Shown one piece after another: positions 37,901 through 46,600 of a stretch of 64,000 nucleotides of DNA (position 1 is the stretch's first letter; every line of letters begins with the position of its first letter). This DNA comes from Candidatus Omnitrophota bacterium. Its GTDB lineage: Bacteria > Omnitrophota > Gorgyraeia > Tantalellales > Tantalellaceae. The stretch lies in assembly GCA_015231405.1 (NCBI GenBank), contig JADGBR010000014.1, forward strand, positions 3,555-67,554, in the 5' to 3' direction. The notes beneath the pieces are model-generated. The model ran no database searches. It was not told the DNA's origin and saw nothing but the letters and a program-made list of their open reading frames with translations. Made by a program: the position numbers and the translations under genes.

Positions 37901-40900
37901 GGTCGTATCATCGTACCGGTACGTCACCTCTTTTAGGAGTATGCCGCCGCCGCCTCCCGGCCGGAGGATCCTTTCGCCCGTTAGGACCAACGGGTCGGCG
38001 CCGGTATGGTCGTAATATGTGACTGTCCCGTCGGGCCTATCGGTCTCGATGAGCGTTTTTCCGTCAGGTGAATATTTCATGACGACGGTCGACGAAACGG
38101 CGTTACCGTCCTTATCGGTATATGATACGGTTTCAGTTGTTACGGTTGACGGTTCGACGTCTAAAGGCTCGTAAGTATACGTCCGCTTTACGCCGTATTT
38201 ATCAGTCTCGAGCGTCACGCGGCCAAGGATATCATAACCGTGATCGAGCGCGTAATTCACGCGATATACGCCGGTACTATCCTTCTCGGAATAAACCGAC
38301 TTTTTGGAAATTATATGACCGCCAGTGGTATCATAGGTGTATGTATAATCGATCCTGATCCCCGCGGGATCTATCTGGGCGGCGAGATCGCCAATATGTC
38401 CCGAAGACGAATCCGCGCCGTAATAAGAATAGCCCATACCGGGACGAGCCCCGTCACCGATCTCTATCAGCTGGCCGCGGTCGTTGAACTTTTTTGAGGT
38501 GGTTATCATTACCGGAGGAGCGCCTTCGGCACGCTGGGTGAGAATACTCCTCTCTTCCCGCAGGTATTCCAGCGGCGTCCCTTGGTTCTCATATGACGGG
38601 ACCATCTCTTTAATAAGCCCTTTTTCGGTATCTTCGTCATAGACAAGATAGCCCTTCGCGTCGTATTTTTTCACGGTAACGGTCTTTGTGCCATCAACGG
38701 TCTTTGTTTTTTCCGTAACGGTCTTAAGGGTGATAGCGCCTGTTTTATCCTTCAGATATGAGTATTCGGTCATAACGCCGGAAGGTTCCGTTACCATTGC
38801 CAAAAGTCCATCGGCTCCATATGACTCGCTCGTGACTTCCTCCTTCCCGCCGGCATCTAGCCGGGTAATAGCGCGCGAGATCATCGCGCCGTCGGAATCG
38901 TATGAAAAATCGGTTCTTTCCTCATCGGCCATGCCCTTATTGACGGTTATACTGATCTCGCGTCCGTCTTTGTCGTAAATAGTTTCCTTAGAGCCAAGGA
39001 ACGTTCCGTTCGAGCCTGTAACAGTTTCCTTCTCGGATAAAAGGCCGCCTTTCGCGTCGCGCGAATATGAGTAAGCGGTCACGTTGCCTGAGCTATCCGT
39101 ATACGACAGGGTATCACCCGTGGCCGGGTCGAAAACGGTAGTAACCGATGTCGTATACACTGAACCGACGATATCCGCCTCGGATGTTATTACCGTTTCG
39201 CTTCTGAGCCTGCCGATATTATCCCGCACGTAAAGATACGCATCCTTCTTCCCGGAAGGATAGTCTATTTCCGACACGCCGCCGCGGCCGTTATATTTGT
39301 ATGATGTCACAGATCCCGGACCTGAAGCCGTACGCTCGTTCTCTTCCGTAACATTGCCGTCAATGGCATAGAGAGTTTCATAGAACGTTATGGGATCCTC
39401 ACTGCCCGCTATTTCGGTATATTTGATCTCTTTCGTCACGCGGAGATATTCATCCCGCGTTATCCGGTCGTGCTCTATGACGGCCTTTACAGGGTTCCCG
39501 GCCGACTTATCCGCTCCCGTGGCGTAGACATTCGTCGTTTTGATAATCTCATCAACGTTACCGGACGTCGAATACGCGTAAGTTATAAGCGTAGTCACTT
39601 CACTCCCGGAATAAGTATCCGACTCGGACGACAAACTCCCGTCGCTATTATAAACATAATTCACCGTATTTCCGTACGGGTCCGTATGGCTTATGACTCT
39701 CTTCTTCGCGTCATATTCGGTTATTTCCGTAAAGTCCACGTCATTACCTGAAGCGTCCTTATCCTTTACCCTCTTTTCCGCGATGAACCCGCCGGGAAGG
39801 GTCGAGGTGGAGTAGGCGCAAGTGATGATCGGCGTTTCCGGCGACCCGTCACGAACTATAACGGGTCCGGTCGGGCCGTCGAGATAATGAGAAGGGACAT
39901 TGAAGCTTTCCGTGAGACGTCCTGAGCTGTCATACCGCTCGAGAGTCATCCTGCTTTTCTTTATGTCCAGGAAACGCTTTTCCATTACGGCTCCGTCGGC
40001 ATTTTTGTCATATTCATAGACGAACGGTTCTTCGGCGCCAGGGCCTAATTCACTTAGAATGTCACCGTTACTATCATATGTGTATGCCGCGGTTGAGCCG
40101 GCGACCGTTTCGGCATTATCTGCCTCACCACTCAGCAGTTTTCCAGTGCGGCTGACCACCTGTCCGTTCTTGTTATAACGGCTGATAACATAGTACTCTA
40201 CCGCTCCAGGACCCGTGACATGTTCTGTCCCGACAATAATATCCTCTTCGGTTGTGTAAGAGGCTGTTATGTACGGGGAAGAGAGATCCTCCAGGAGGTA
40301 TGATATACCACCGTCAACGATCGCCCCCGGGGCGTACCGGTAACTTTTAACAAGGCCGAGAGCTTCGTTATAGTGATCCGTTACTGTAACGACACCGCTC
40401 ACGGCATCCAGATATACTGATGAGATCATAGCGCCGTTATCATACGTATATTCATATAGACCCTGCAACCGGTTCGATACGGTATCCGAAACGATATTGC
40501 CGTACAGATCAAATTCACATACCCTGCCGAGAGAATAATCGGTATATCCCGACATTTTCCCGGAAGCGTTATACTCAGTATCAGAATACAGTTTGCCGTT
40601 CCGGAGATATAACTTCTCCAGGGATACCTTATCCGTACCGTCATGGTAGGAATAGATGACATATGACCCGTCGGACATAGTTTTTTGCGTCAGATAAGTG
40701 GCCGCGTCGTTGTAATAAGTTTCTATCGTGCCTGACGCAGCGTCGGATACGGACTGTATCCTCCCGTCCATGTCGTTGTAATAAGAGTATGTTTTAACCA
40801 GTACCGTACAATCCCCGTCGGAGTAGACCTGTTTGGTAAGTACCCTGCCGAATGTGTCGGCATTGTAGGTGTATTGGGAAGACAACTCGCCGCCCCGAGC

Positions 40901-43405
40901 CGCGGCGCGTTTCTCCTTCTCAACTCTCCCCATTCCCTGGCCGAGCCAGTTCTCGTTCAGGTAGCGGTAATAGATATTACCGGAAGCGTCCGGCAAGGCG
41001 AGGGCCATGGATTCGCGGTAATTGGCCGCGTCGTCGTAATAAGTATTCGTGAGTTTAAACTGTGTCATAGCGGTGTCCGCGTAGTCCTCCAGCTTGATCA
41101 TCCTCGACGGCGCTAAGGACGAATAATAAAACCTGGTCGCTATACACCCCGAGGTATCCGGGGCTGATCTTATGACAATATCCAAAGAACTCGCGGAATT
41201 ATTAAGATAGTGGTAATACACATACCCTCTTGTGTCAGCCGGGATATATGTCCTTGACGCTATCCGGCTGGCTGTATCATCGTAATAAGCCGCCGTCTCC
41301 TTGAGCATGGTCATCGCGGCATCCAAATAGAACTCCCGGCGTATGACCCTTGTCGGCGTCGTTCCCGAATAAAAGTATTTGTACGCCATATACCCGTCCG
41401 TATCCGCGGCCTGTCTCATGGCGTAATCGCACCGCGCATTGGCGTCGTTCATATAATGATAGAATACTGCCCCTCCTGCGTCCGGAGCGGCAAGGGCCAT
41501 TGATTCCCGGTAATTGGTGGCGTCATCGTAATAAGTGTTCGTAAGAGTAAGCTGCGTCATCGCGGCGTCCGCGTAGCTCTCCAGTTTTATCATCCTTGAG
41601 GGCGTGACGGACGAAAAATGATATTTCGTGGCTATGCATCCCGAGCTATCCGAAGCCGATCTTTTGGCAATATCCAGTGAACTCGCGGAATTATTAAGAT
41701 AGTGGTAATACAAATACCCTCTTGTGTCAGCGGAAGTATAGCTCCTTGATTCGATCCGGTTGGCCGTATCATCGTAATAGTTCGCTGTCTGCTTGAGTTG
41801 GGTTAACGCGGTGTCCGAATAGAACTCCAGGCGTATGACCCTTGCCGGAGTCGCAGCGGAATAAAAGTATTTGTACGCCATGTAACCGTCTATATCCGCA
41901 GACTGGCGCTTTGTCATATCCACTCTCCCGTACCCTTCGGAGTTCCAGTTCTCATTTATATAGTGATAATAAATATTCCCGGAGGCATCAGGCGACACTA
42001 AAGTTTTTGACTCCATCCAGTTACTGGCGTCGTTATAATAAGTCACCGCGGAAACGCTATCGGCTATCGAGCTGACTCGCCCCGCCGTGTCGTTGAAATA
42101 GATATATGTCCTTAGTAATCCCGTCCCTGCGGCACCTCTATAGGCCTTTATCGACTCTACTCGCCCGGCCGTATCGCCATAATAAGTGTATATATACGAT
42201 AGCGCGCCGTTCGCGGTCGCGGTCAGCCGTTGAGCCTTGTCTACCCTGCCGCCGCCTTGAGAATTCCAGTTCTCGTTCATCAAATGGTAATAAATGTACC
42301 CGGACGTATCAGGAGAAACAGATGTGATGAACTCGGTATATCCTGTAACGTCGTTATAATAGGTATATGTCCTTATCAGTGTCGTCCACGAGGTGTTAAT
42401 GTATGCCATCCTCGTCTTGAGCCTACCGGTGGCATCGGCATAATACGTGTAAGAATACGACAGTTCACCGTTATCGGCTGTGGAACGTTTCGCCTTGTCG
42501 ACCCTGCCAAAACCCTGTCCCAGCCAGTTCTCGTTGATATAGTGGTAATAAATATTCCCGTAAATGTCGGCAGCGGCCGACGTCTTGGATTCCACATAGC
42601 TCCCGGCATTATTGTAATACGTGTAAGTGGCGACCAGCGATCTCCAGCCCGCGTCCGAGTACGACTTTACCGTCGAGAGATACGCGGTCGAGGCGCTATA
42701 ATAGGTATATGTGTACGATAGTTCCCCGTTAATGCCCGTACGCCGGATACCTTTATCGAGCCTGTTCATTGTGTTGTTCGCGAAATGGCAGTAGTATAGC
42801 CCTGTCAAAGGGTCGAACTGGCTCCCGATGTATATTTTTGTGTCCTTCCGGTTATATGAATTGTTATAGTACGCGGTGTCGGCAAGCGCGTTCGTCCAGT
42901 TCTTATCGGTATACGATCTTTTTGTCTTGAGGCGGCCGCTCGCGTCGCTGAAGTATATATAGGTATCGGAAAGCTCGCCGTCAGGTGCCGCCGTATCCCT
43001 GTAAGATTTATCTACCCTGCCATACCCTCGATAGAGCCAGTTCTCATCCAAGAAATGGTAATATAAGTTGCCGTCAGTATCGGAGGCCGCAAGAAGTATG
43101 GATTGAACACGGCCGCTCGAGTAATAGGTTTTCGTTCCGGGAAGGTCCGTAAGTTTCTGCGTCTGGGGACTCTTCGGCACGGAAAAACTTTCGATAGCCT
43201 TTTTGGAATCCACCGCTGACTGTGCGGCGGACTCACTTGCCGTGATATTGTCCGTTGTAACCGACGGCGCAAGCTGATTTCCTGAGCCGGTGGGCACACC
43301 GTATGGATCTATCGCCGCCCATGCGACCTCGTGGAAAAAAAAGATCCCGGCAACTATCGCCGAGATCATCTTCAGTATCATTTCTTTTCTCTGCAAGGAA
43401 AACAT
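28901..43405 (-). CDS. 4834-aa giant YD/RHS-like polymorphic toxin
   Basis: Signal peptide (AWA-A); about 10 Tyr-rich 82-88-aa repeats; long YDxxG repeat region; discoidin/F5/8-like domains; C39-like segment (IVHYNGTHF); Gly/Ala hydrophobic helices; pre-toxin TG-like motif (LDWAGVVPGVGDTIDAINGLIY); low-GC C-terminal tip. Confidence 0.85.
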   Translation of the reverse strand: MFSLQRKEMILKMISAIVAGIFFFHEVAWAAIDPYGVPTGSGNQLAPSVTTDNITASESAAQSAVDSKKAIESFSVPKSPQTQKLTDLPGTKTYYSSGRVQSILLAASDTDGNLYYHFLDENWLYRGYGRVDKSYRDTAAPDGELSDTYIYFSDASGRLKTKRSYTDKNWTNALADTAYYNNSYNRKDTKIYIGSQFDPLTGLYYCHFANNTMNRLDKGIRRTGINGELSYTYTYYSASTAYLSTVKSYSDAGWRSLVATYTYYNNAGSYVESKTSAAADIYGNIYYHYINENWLGQGFGRVDKAKRSTADNGELSYSYTYYADATGRLKTRMAYINTSWTTLIRTYTYYNDVTGYTEFITSVSPDTSGYIYYHLMNENWNSQGGGRVDKAQRLTATANGALSYIYTYYGDTAGRVESIKAYRGAAGTGLLRTYIYFNDTAGRVSSIADSVSAVTYYNDASNWMESKTLVSPDASGNIYYHYINENWNSEGYGRVDMTKRQSADIDGYMAYKYFYSAATPARVIRLEFYSDTALTQLKQTANYYDDTANRIESRSYTSADTRGYLYYHYLNNSASSLDIAKRSASDSSGCIATKYHFSSVTPSRMIKLESYADAAMTQLTLTNTYYDDATNYRESMALAAPDAGGAVFYHYMNDANARCDYAMRQAADTDGYMAYKYFYSGTTPTRVIRREFYLDAAMTMLKETAAYYDDTASRIASRTYIPADTRGYVYYHYLNNSASSLDIVIRSAPDTSGCIATRFYYSSLAPSRMIKLEDYADTAMTQFKLTNTYYDDAANYRESMALALPDASGNIYYRYLNENWLGQGMGRVEKEKRAAARGGELSSQYTYNADTFGRVLTKQVYSDGDCTVLVKTYSYYNDMDGRIQSVSDAASGTIETYYNDAATYLTQKTMSDGSYVIYSYHDGTDKVSLEKLYLRNGKLYSDTEYNASGKMSGYTDYSLGRVCEFDLYGNIVSDTVSNRLQGLYEYTYDNGAMISSVYLDAVSGVVTVTDHYNEALGLVKSYRYAPGAIVDGGISYLLEDLSSPYITASYTTEEDIIVGTEHVTGPGAVEYYVISRYNKNGQVVSRTGKLLSGEADNAETVAGSTAAYTYDSNGDILSELGPGAEEPFVYEYDKNADGAVMEKRFLDIKKSRMTLERYDSSGRLTESFNVPSHYLDGPTGPVIVRDGSPETPIITCAYSTSTLPGGFIAEKRVKDKDASGNDVDFTEITEYDAKKRVISHTDPYGNTVNYVYNSDGSLSSESDTYSGSEVTTLITYAYSTSGNVDEIIKTTNVYATGADKSAGNPVKAVIEHDRITRDEYLRVTKEIKYTEIAGSEDPITFYETLYAIDGNVTEENERTASGPGSVTSYKYNGRGGVSEIDYPSGKKDAYLYVRDNIGRLRSETVITSEADIVGSVYTTSVTTVFDPATGDTLSYTDSSGNVTAYSYSRDAKGGLLSEKETVTGSNGTFLGSKETIYDKDGREISITVNKGMADEERTDFSYDSDGAMISRAITRLDAGGKEEVTSESYGADGLLAMVTEPSGVMTEYSYLKDKTGAITLKTVTEKTKTVDGTKTVTVKKYDAKGYLVYDEDTEKGLIKEMVPSYENQGTPLEYLREERSILTQRAEGAPPVMITTSKKFNDRGQLIEIGDGARPGMGYSYYGADSSSGHIGDLAAQIDPAGIRIDYTYTYDTTGGHIISKKSVYSEKDSTGVYRVNYALDHGYDILGRVTLETDKYGVKRTYTYEPLDVEPSTVTTETVSYTDKDGNAVSSTVVMKYSPDGKTLIETDRPDGTVTYYDHTGADPLVLTGERILRPGGGGGILLKEVTYRYDDTTGRIKESIATDTRGTDNVSDDIVKVTSYDISNTGKNIKETSVYAPGVYSPDGKAQVREIYHYKTSGALDRVETMGLSGTTYKTDIESFYAVYNGKVLVKTRTTGEGREDFNYDGDGNLTDSVFTSGLYSARTEKRYAANGDVINVTMKGMDGDTVTDITYVRNAIGNITGKTETVRYRPYNLAGGNTDTILAVKSYTYYGSEDSDKAIYPEATASGAVKTMTSGGKTYSYEYTYDAEGVLTITKETVSWDEGASRYTAVSLKKSDTKGDIIASIDTEGVYSEYEYSTDAENAMGGKVQTEKSYYGLIDAKDPSKGYTRYRRSSFDGSLPEGLSESRTVRVYDFDNDLVSLTEANDPANVSDDIVTRYTYVKDELGRVKAGYETVNGRAGVKVSEYDEKGDLVSETDRNGMKVTYSYERDGVLGYIKKTVAGNVLYPGFSQTTGYDTRGDVISVTGSNGIRKTYTFIRDASGKITARKEDTTSSAALSGSGILMNYTETSEYDANGDITGFTDKNGIKRTTRYIYDRYGNEAKTITEVIFVSGTSGKITVTDYNPDGTESRVTEMNDPASSEDDITRTYSYKYDQITGVLSEKTETDIRYSGVTVYRYDNSGDVTIVVSPNGVTLSYAVKKDDKGGTIERYTKTSLSPDAVEKEEFDTEGNRISLTDANGHIATYLNTYDGKSDLIKATEYRTGPSGLYTSVVNEYDSFGRIKLSVDKNGTPSAYEYSVTPWGAVTSSREYDPRGTVGGGYDGSVLRVFDAVTSDLISMTDRLGLTTVYEYGRSPEHGGITLKTERAPLGGTTVYGMDKYGRIISVTDTYDKTVTVSLEFDTCGNMTKRLLSWQETIDGQGVQDYVEEEYYSIEGDLVKRVDRLKNVYTYIAEKNGKGDLARLVTVDHGRNNDKMDISSVDYDASGRIISRTTPRGDVTYYAYQFGSGGEVKKIYESVAPTGEKIDALKPVEIKNISVRNCYFGVDPWQLVDDKYDNWQNFGWEYSMPTDRTSIILDLTGNGSDQDNVSALGLSFRSPYNYPYTVYYATNEAPDNWIKIKTTDLNTDNDWFIDSFGTPVAARYIRIENANEKYWTTAMQLNEVKVYRTEKVSGTVRVSDLDKYGRAVSEKNALMLLWEERPDLKKLFINPNSQCQLNNYFSGKDVSEWARFTGALEDPRIAGYISDYANRNSPLIKEYFEKGSKGHMVTSVTPVSASWSDNVSYLTDYSVTAGSASIRWDNDTVLPYFRLDLGGLTDIGKFRIKFRDDGNSYKYRIFTSEDGVNWEGATDRTDMLYSGWVEDLISPRKARFVKLEAVYGAASDGKVNRQMNVDELMILDTASDTYPPNGYATDTMLAWAKGSGSRLYADLAKYADNTYPDKDRPSGTMISYENTDSSGIPRSRYEISTYTGAAAKLYDPKGVLTEELLVNESSAVVTPIVYPGSASSLEKVYGAGGDILAERNILGRLWEETVEARDLFLVPGYTYNGMTFKTWVASKGQGYFSLLGNKGSSDINALDDPYIARYAYTRDDTGFVASVSKIVNYVQETYSVYKKPVPGENPLNDMILLDGTKHTSTGGVNPSLDYDGYDTTAYSSESFSPDADVTSTHEFAQPVTLSEIYYNTRVSADSGGRGESYDMNVQYLQAGSSVWVDVARTSGCRAFDVCFSGTWHGTLANVTAIRVRATARAWNGDNNNAYAEIFELSARGPADTGQPVVVQREFKALDATRKKYSYTYHPNGNLAGMDVDVSGKDTKDYYMRYDALGNITLYNEDGRNYSYEYTRDRWNNIEKVKVDGSDTVFMNNGKSWDEEAVVSRVKDYFAAMLYRAPASDELTFCVSEWRKTGYTNFVRDYIKNLTEYKNGPKDTGGQTLALERAARLSGMLTCYNVALSAGAVLTAALSAGISLIKEGYNNAVSAYTAAKGRNDKKYISEIYREELGREATDEELTETLAHMRSNNLTLESEREHIRNASDPASEYAKRRAEITVIINSLYTETEAGTSTGILADYLAASDKPAYLKERGYDIDPSLLVNITKEDIQIIITRLKTQDNHFGQSAAEALYASLQANEAALVIARSEATKQSLSIMNYLLQQLIFVDLITGAITSETQGQLLLTMYALKKVSQKHGLDVYGSKYTFDDFIRQASSLQGADAPSLRGAEGDEAIPIIVHYNGTHFLTVTGVIRDTTGTITHIKVTNSYINNIEQTKQIPLTEFKKNYEGTTLSTARSDYKNRLTDTQLLDIKAAGWWDKLWKKVTQIFEGIVKAVKKIVTNIIQPVVQMINAIKYAAQEGKWGRVAGAIGALVVGSVMSVISGGTLAYPIMNTVTNMATAICYGQYGQAMTIMGMGVASIFLSAATAFVAAPIAGMAGQMMEGIWTGLSAVGRTLGQITLGITDNLISIGQKAIGGVMTLCRQAAEGFQSAGNWLKNTLNPWISTEFAPKALLGDAVRNYLGGMITSGISNYAMEQISKSDNWLSKLGIGLAAAITLMPVNAFANPAFDMKILNSTAMFATEVFFNTASQVISTETMNALENKYGEQWYSNMLQMTVSSVIGAGLDGTRQYMQNEIAIREIHYENINAELNKLRDKYQGAVESEKTLSDGTKQITLIDINTGNKAVFTYNATTMNIVETDAGKITKTEITKGINSYTSTKVECLDNGNTRVTSEDGTVTLYDANYQILEITESELSYDAGQFIDYTTVYDPNTGKIVDLKVDGDNYAFSEMFGSSWDSMMDATGRVSLIESAKLAISKGVEVKINDKVILTEDGMIAEINRLAGEDYELTINGVSVKPEDVFNNSYESAESILTSEGYLSPANYKIGYVSFNAGGINEAIFDSSFDVMQSYLDWAGVVPGVGDTIDAINGLIYLSRGKRDEAALSLLAVGTVVPLNAIKAAGNGLKSYRNIGKDITVLGSNYGIWINSGKYKYIEVAKRINANYFCIPDKIWKKFVKIMNEDELWEMNRKFLDRAMLKTRAFYVTTPYALAGKYLRKEIDYLLSKEYKIVMREGKNYFWLIK
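31448..31505. repeat. In-frame REP/RPE-like palindrome inside the toxin gene
   Basis: GATTGCTTCGTCGCCTTCGGCTCCTCGCAATGAC plus a partial second copy; translated as SLQGADAPSLRGAEGDEAI. Confidence 0.8.
31690..31751. repeat. Second in-frame REP/RPE-like palindrome inside the toxin gene
   Basis: GAGATTGCTTCGTCGCTTCGCTCCTCGCAATGAC plus a partial copy; translated as SLQANEAALVIARSEATKQS. Confidence 0.8.
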
Positions 43406-43640
43406 GGCTCCCCCCTTTATTTATTTTTTAATTATTCACAGATCTTCTAAATTCTCCTTTTTGTATTTTCAACAGGGTTATTTTATCACTTATTGTGCAT
43501 GCTTGTAAATAGCAAAAAAACCTGGTATTTTATCTCTAACTGTGATATACGCTGACCTACTAGTTCTTTCCTATGCAGCGGCGAGAGACTATTTTCCGAC
43601 AAACACTCGAGTGTTCCTTCTTGAAGCTGTCACGCATACG

Positions 43641-43674
43641 AAAAAAAAGCCCCGTCGGGTGACGGGGCTTTTTT
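43641..43674. terminator. Rho-independent terminator after the FecR-domain gene
   Basis: A8-GCCCCGTC-gggt-GACGGGGC-T6. Confidence 0.85.
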
Positions 43675-43694
43675 GATTTCTTTGTAACTTCCTA

Positions 43695-46600
43695 CTACAC
43701 CGGCTGCTCGACCGTTGTTCCGGCTCCGGCTCCCTGGAATTGGCCTTCGCCGTAAGTGCCCGCGGCGGTTCCCTGTATCTCGTTACCCTGGAACTGGCCG
43801 GTTACACCCGCGGACCACTGGTTATCGGCCCACTGTAAACCTGTAAGGTTGACATTATAGTTCTCCGACTGGAACGCCGCTCCCCAGGTGCTCGTATCCG
43901 TCACGCCCTGATCATATGTGCCGTTTATGATCGCCGCCCATATGTTGGTCGCGTCGAACGAATACAAGTTCATGTCCATTGTAGCCGTCTGTATCTGGCC
44001 GTATACGGAAGTCGCCTGCATGGCCTCGGTTATCGGTATCATCACGTCGTTGAAATTGTTGATAATATCCTGCATCTCCGTCACGATATTGGCAAGGTCG
44101 AGAAGCTCTTCGGCTTCCACCCATTCGCCGGCTACCGCTCCGCCAAACTGGGCGCTGATCTCAGCTCCGTCTTCGGCCTCGATATATTCGCCCTTCGTCG
44201 CCAGGACAGCGTCGCCTTTAATGCTCCCGAATCCCTCAGGTGATACCCAGAGACCGGTAAATTTCCCGTCCATGTGGCCTTTAACCGCCCAGCTGTCACC
44301 CGAAAGAGTGGCAAGATATGTGACATAATCCCCTATTTCTCCCGTCATCGGCATTTTCCACGCCGAAAGGTCTCCCTGGTATTCTCCTTCGATATTCGCC
44401 CCCCATATGCCCCAATTCGCACCGGAAAGGGATAATACAGGTCCGCCTTCGGTAAATTCCCCGGCCATATTATCGTTATAACCATACCCATGTATCCAAT
44501 CCGTTTCAACCATGTCATAAAGGTCTTCAGGCATTATGCTGCCGGCATAGGGCATTTCCCTGTAAATATCCACGGCTCCGTTTAGCTCCAGCATATCGAT
44601 GGATTGGTATGTCGTCCCGAGGAATTTCCCACCTATATATCCTACCTTGCTCTCTCCCGTTCCCTGGTCGGGCGGAGTGACAAAGAACGCTCTCATGAGA
44701 CTAGCGGCAGTACCACCCATAACGTAACCTCCCATAAGGCCGTAATAAGCGCCGCCGTCATAAGTCGTATAAGATTCCTCGTCATAATTCTCGCTGGTAA
44801 GGCCCGTACCCCAAACGAAAATACTGTTAGGATCGACCTCTCCGAGTTCATATTCGCCGATAAATAAAGCCGGGGTCGTTGCCCCGCCCCACAGGCTCTC
44901 CGTGCCGCCGAATATACCCCTTATACCGCCGCAGGCGTATCCTTCATTTGAAAGTTCGGTTTCCACCGAACTCGCGAAAGAAAGATGTTCATCCTCGTAT
45001 ACTCCCAGCACCGAAGCTATGAAGGTACCGGACTCGACTGTTGGATCGGAGGTATTCTCCCCAAAAAGGTCACCCTCGATGGTCGTAAGGTCCGTCATCG
45101 ATAACCCTTTACCCGTAAGCTTTCCGAATATCAGGTTATCGGCTTCCGGACCGTTGTATTCCCATCCGCCGTTAAGCCACCTTATCTGGTAGTAGTTGTC
45201 GATGGCATCGCCCGAAACAGCCTGCCAGGTAGTTTCCCCGGCCGGCCTATTCTCATAATAATTGGAGTCCCCGAACTTCATCTCGAAAGCGCCCCATTTC
45301 CTCCCATCGATGGAATAACTGTACCCTTCGGAAAGATTAGCTCTGATATAGCTGTCATTGCCGCTGCCGAACGACCCCACAAAAGTCATAGGGTCGATGT
45401 TCTCCTCCTGGATCATTCCGCTTAGATCCGCCGGGTCTATCCCTGAATCTTCTTCCATTACGGTAGCCGCTATCGTCCCCTCGAGTATCCACATACCCAG
45501 TTCCGTGTAGTACTCGCCGGCGAGAAGCCCGCCGTTCGCCCTCATTTGAGCGATATCGCTCAAAAACGAGCCGGATAACAAGGAACCGTTATAGTTCCTC
45601 AAATACCCTATTTTCCCGTTCGGATCGGCGTATAGAGCCAAAAACCCTCCGGTCATCTTGCCGTCCATCAGAACCCCCGCCGATACGCCTTTAAAAGCGC
45701 CGCCGTCAAAAGTGACATACTCATCGTCAACTACGTTATAGCTTTCCACGGGAGTGTGCCAGAGATAAGCGCCATTCTCATCCCCCTCGACGTAAAAGTC
45801 TCCCATAGCGCGGATAGTCGCCGGGGCGTTCCACGGGCTGGATGTGCCTCCTATAAGGCCCGTATCTTCACCCTCCCATCTGTAATAACCCGCGTCATTG
45901 GAGTATATGCTGCACTCGTTCTCCCCCCACACTCCGCTGAACCAAAGGCGCTCCCCTTCCCAGGAGCCCGCTCCGCCGGCCTGGAAAACTGTAGATCCCT
46001 CATAGTTGAAACAGTTGCCTATTCCCACGCCGGATATATCTCCCATTTTCGTCCCGGTAAGGAACTTACCCGCGGCCGTAAAACTGAGATCGCCGTTGGA
46101 GAGAATGCCGTCCTCTGTTTCCATTATCCAGTAACCGTGATCCTGGCTATAATCATACCCCATATTCCCGCCCATCCATTGCGACTGAGCTGTTTCTGTT
46201 CCCGGAGCCGGAGGAGTACCGAGGATATCTTCCAGAGAATCGACTCCCGGGGTCCATGTGCCCGTGATAGTTTCATATGAACCTTCTTCGTTCTGGAAAT
46301 ATTTTTCCCATGTCCCGTCGGCCTTATAGCTGAGCTGATAATATTCACTTCCATTCTGGCGGTAATACCTGGCATACCCCTGGGTGTTATCCAGCGAATA
46401 GGAATAAAAATAGTCGCCGTCATATCCGTAGTATCCCCCGTTCCAGTCGTAGTAATAGTACTGCCCGTCATGTTCCGTAGTCGTAAGGTAAGCGCCTATC
46501 GGGTCATTGCCGCCAAGAACCGCCGAAAATCCGGAGTTCTCCCCCTGCTGATAGATATATCCCCATATTTTCTGGTCGTATATACCCCAGTCGTAGGTCT

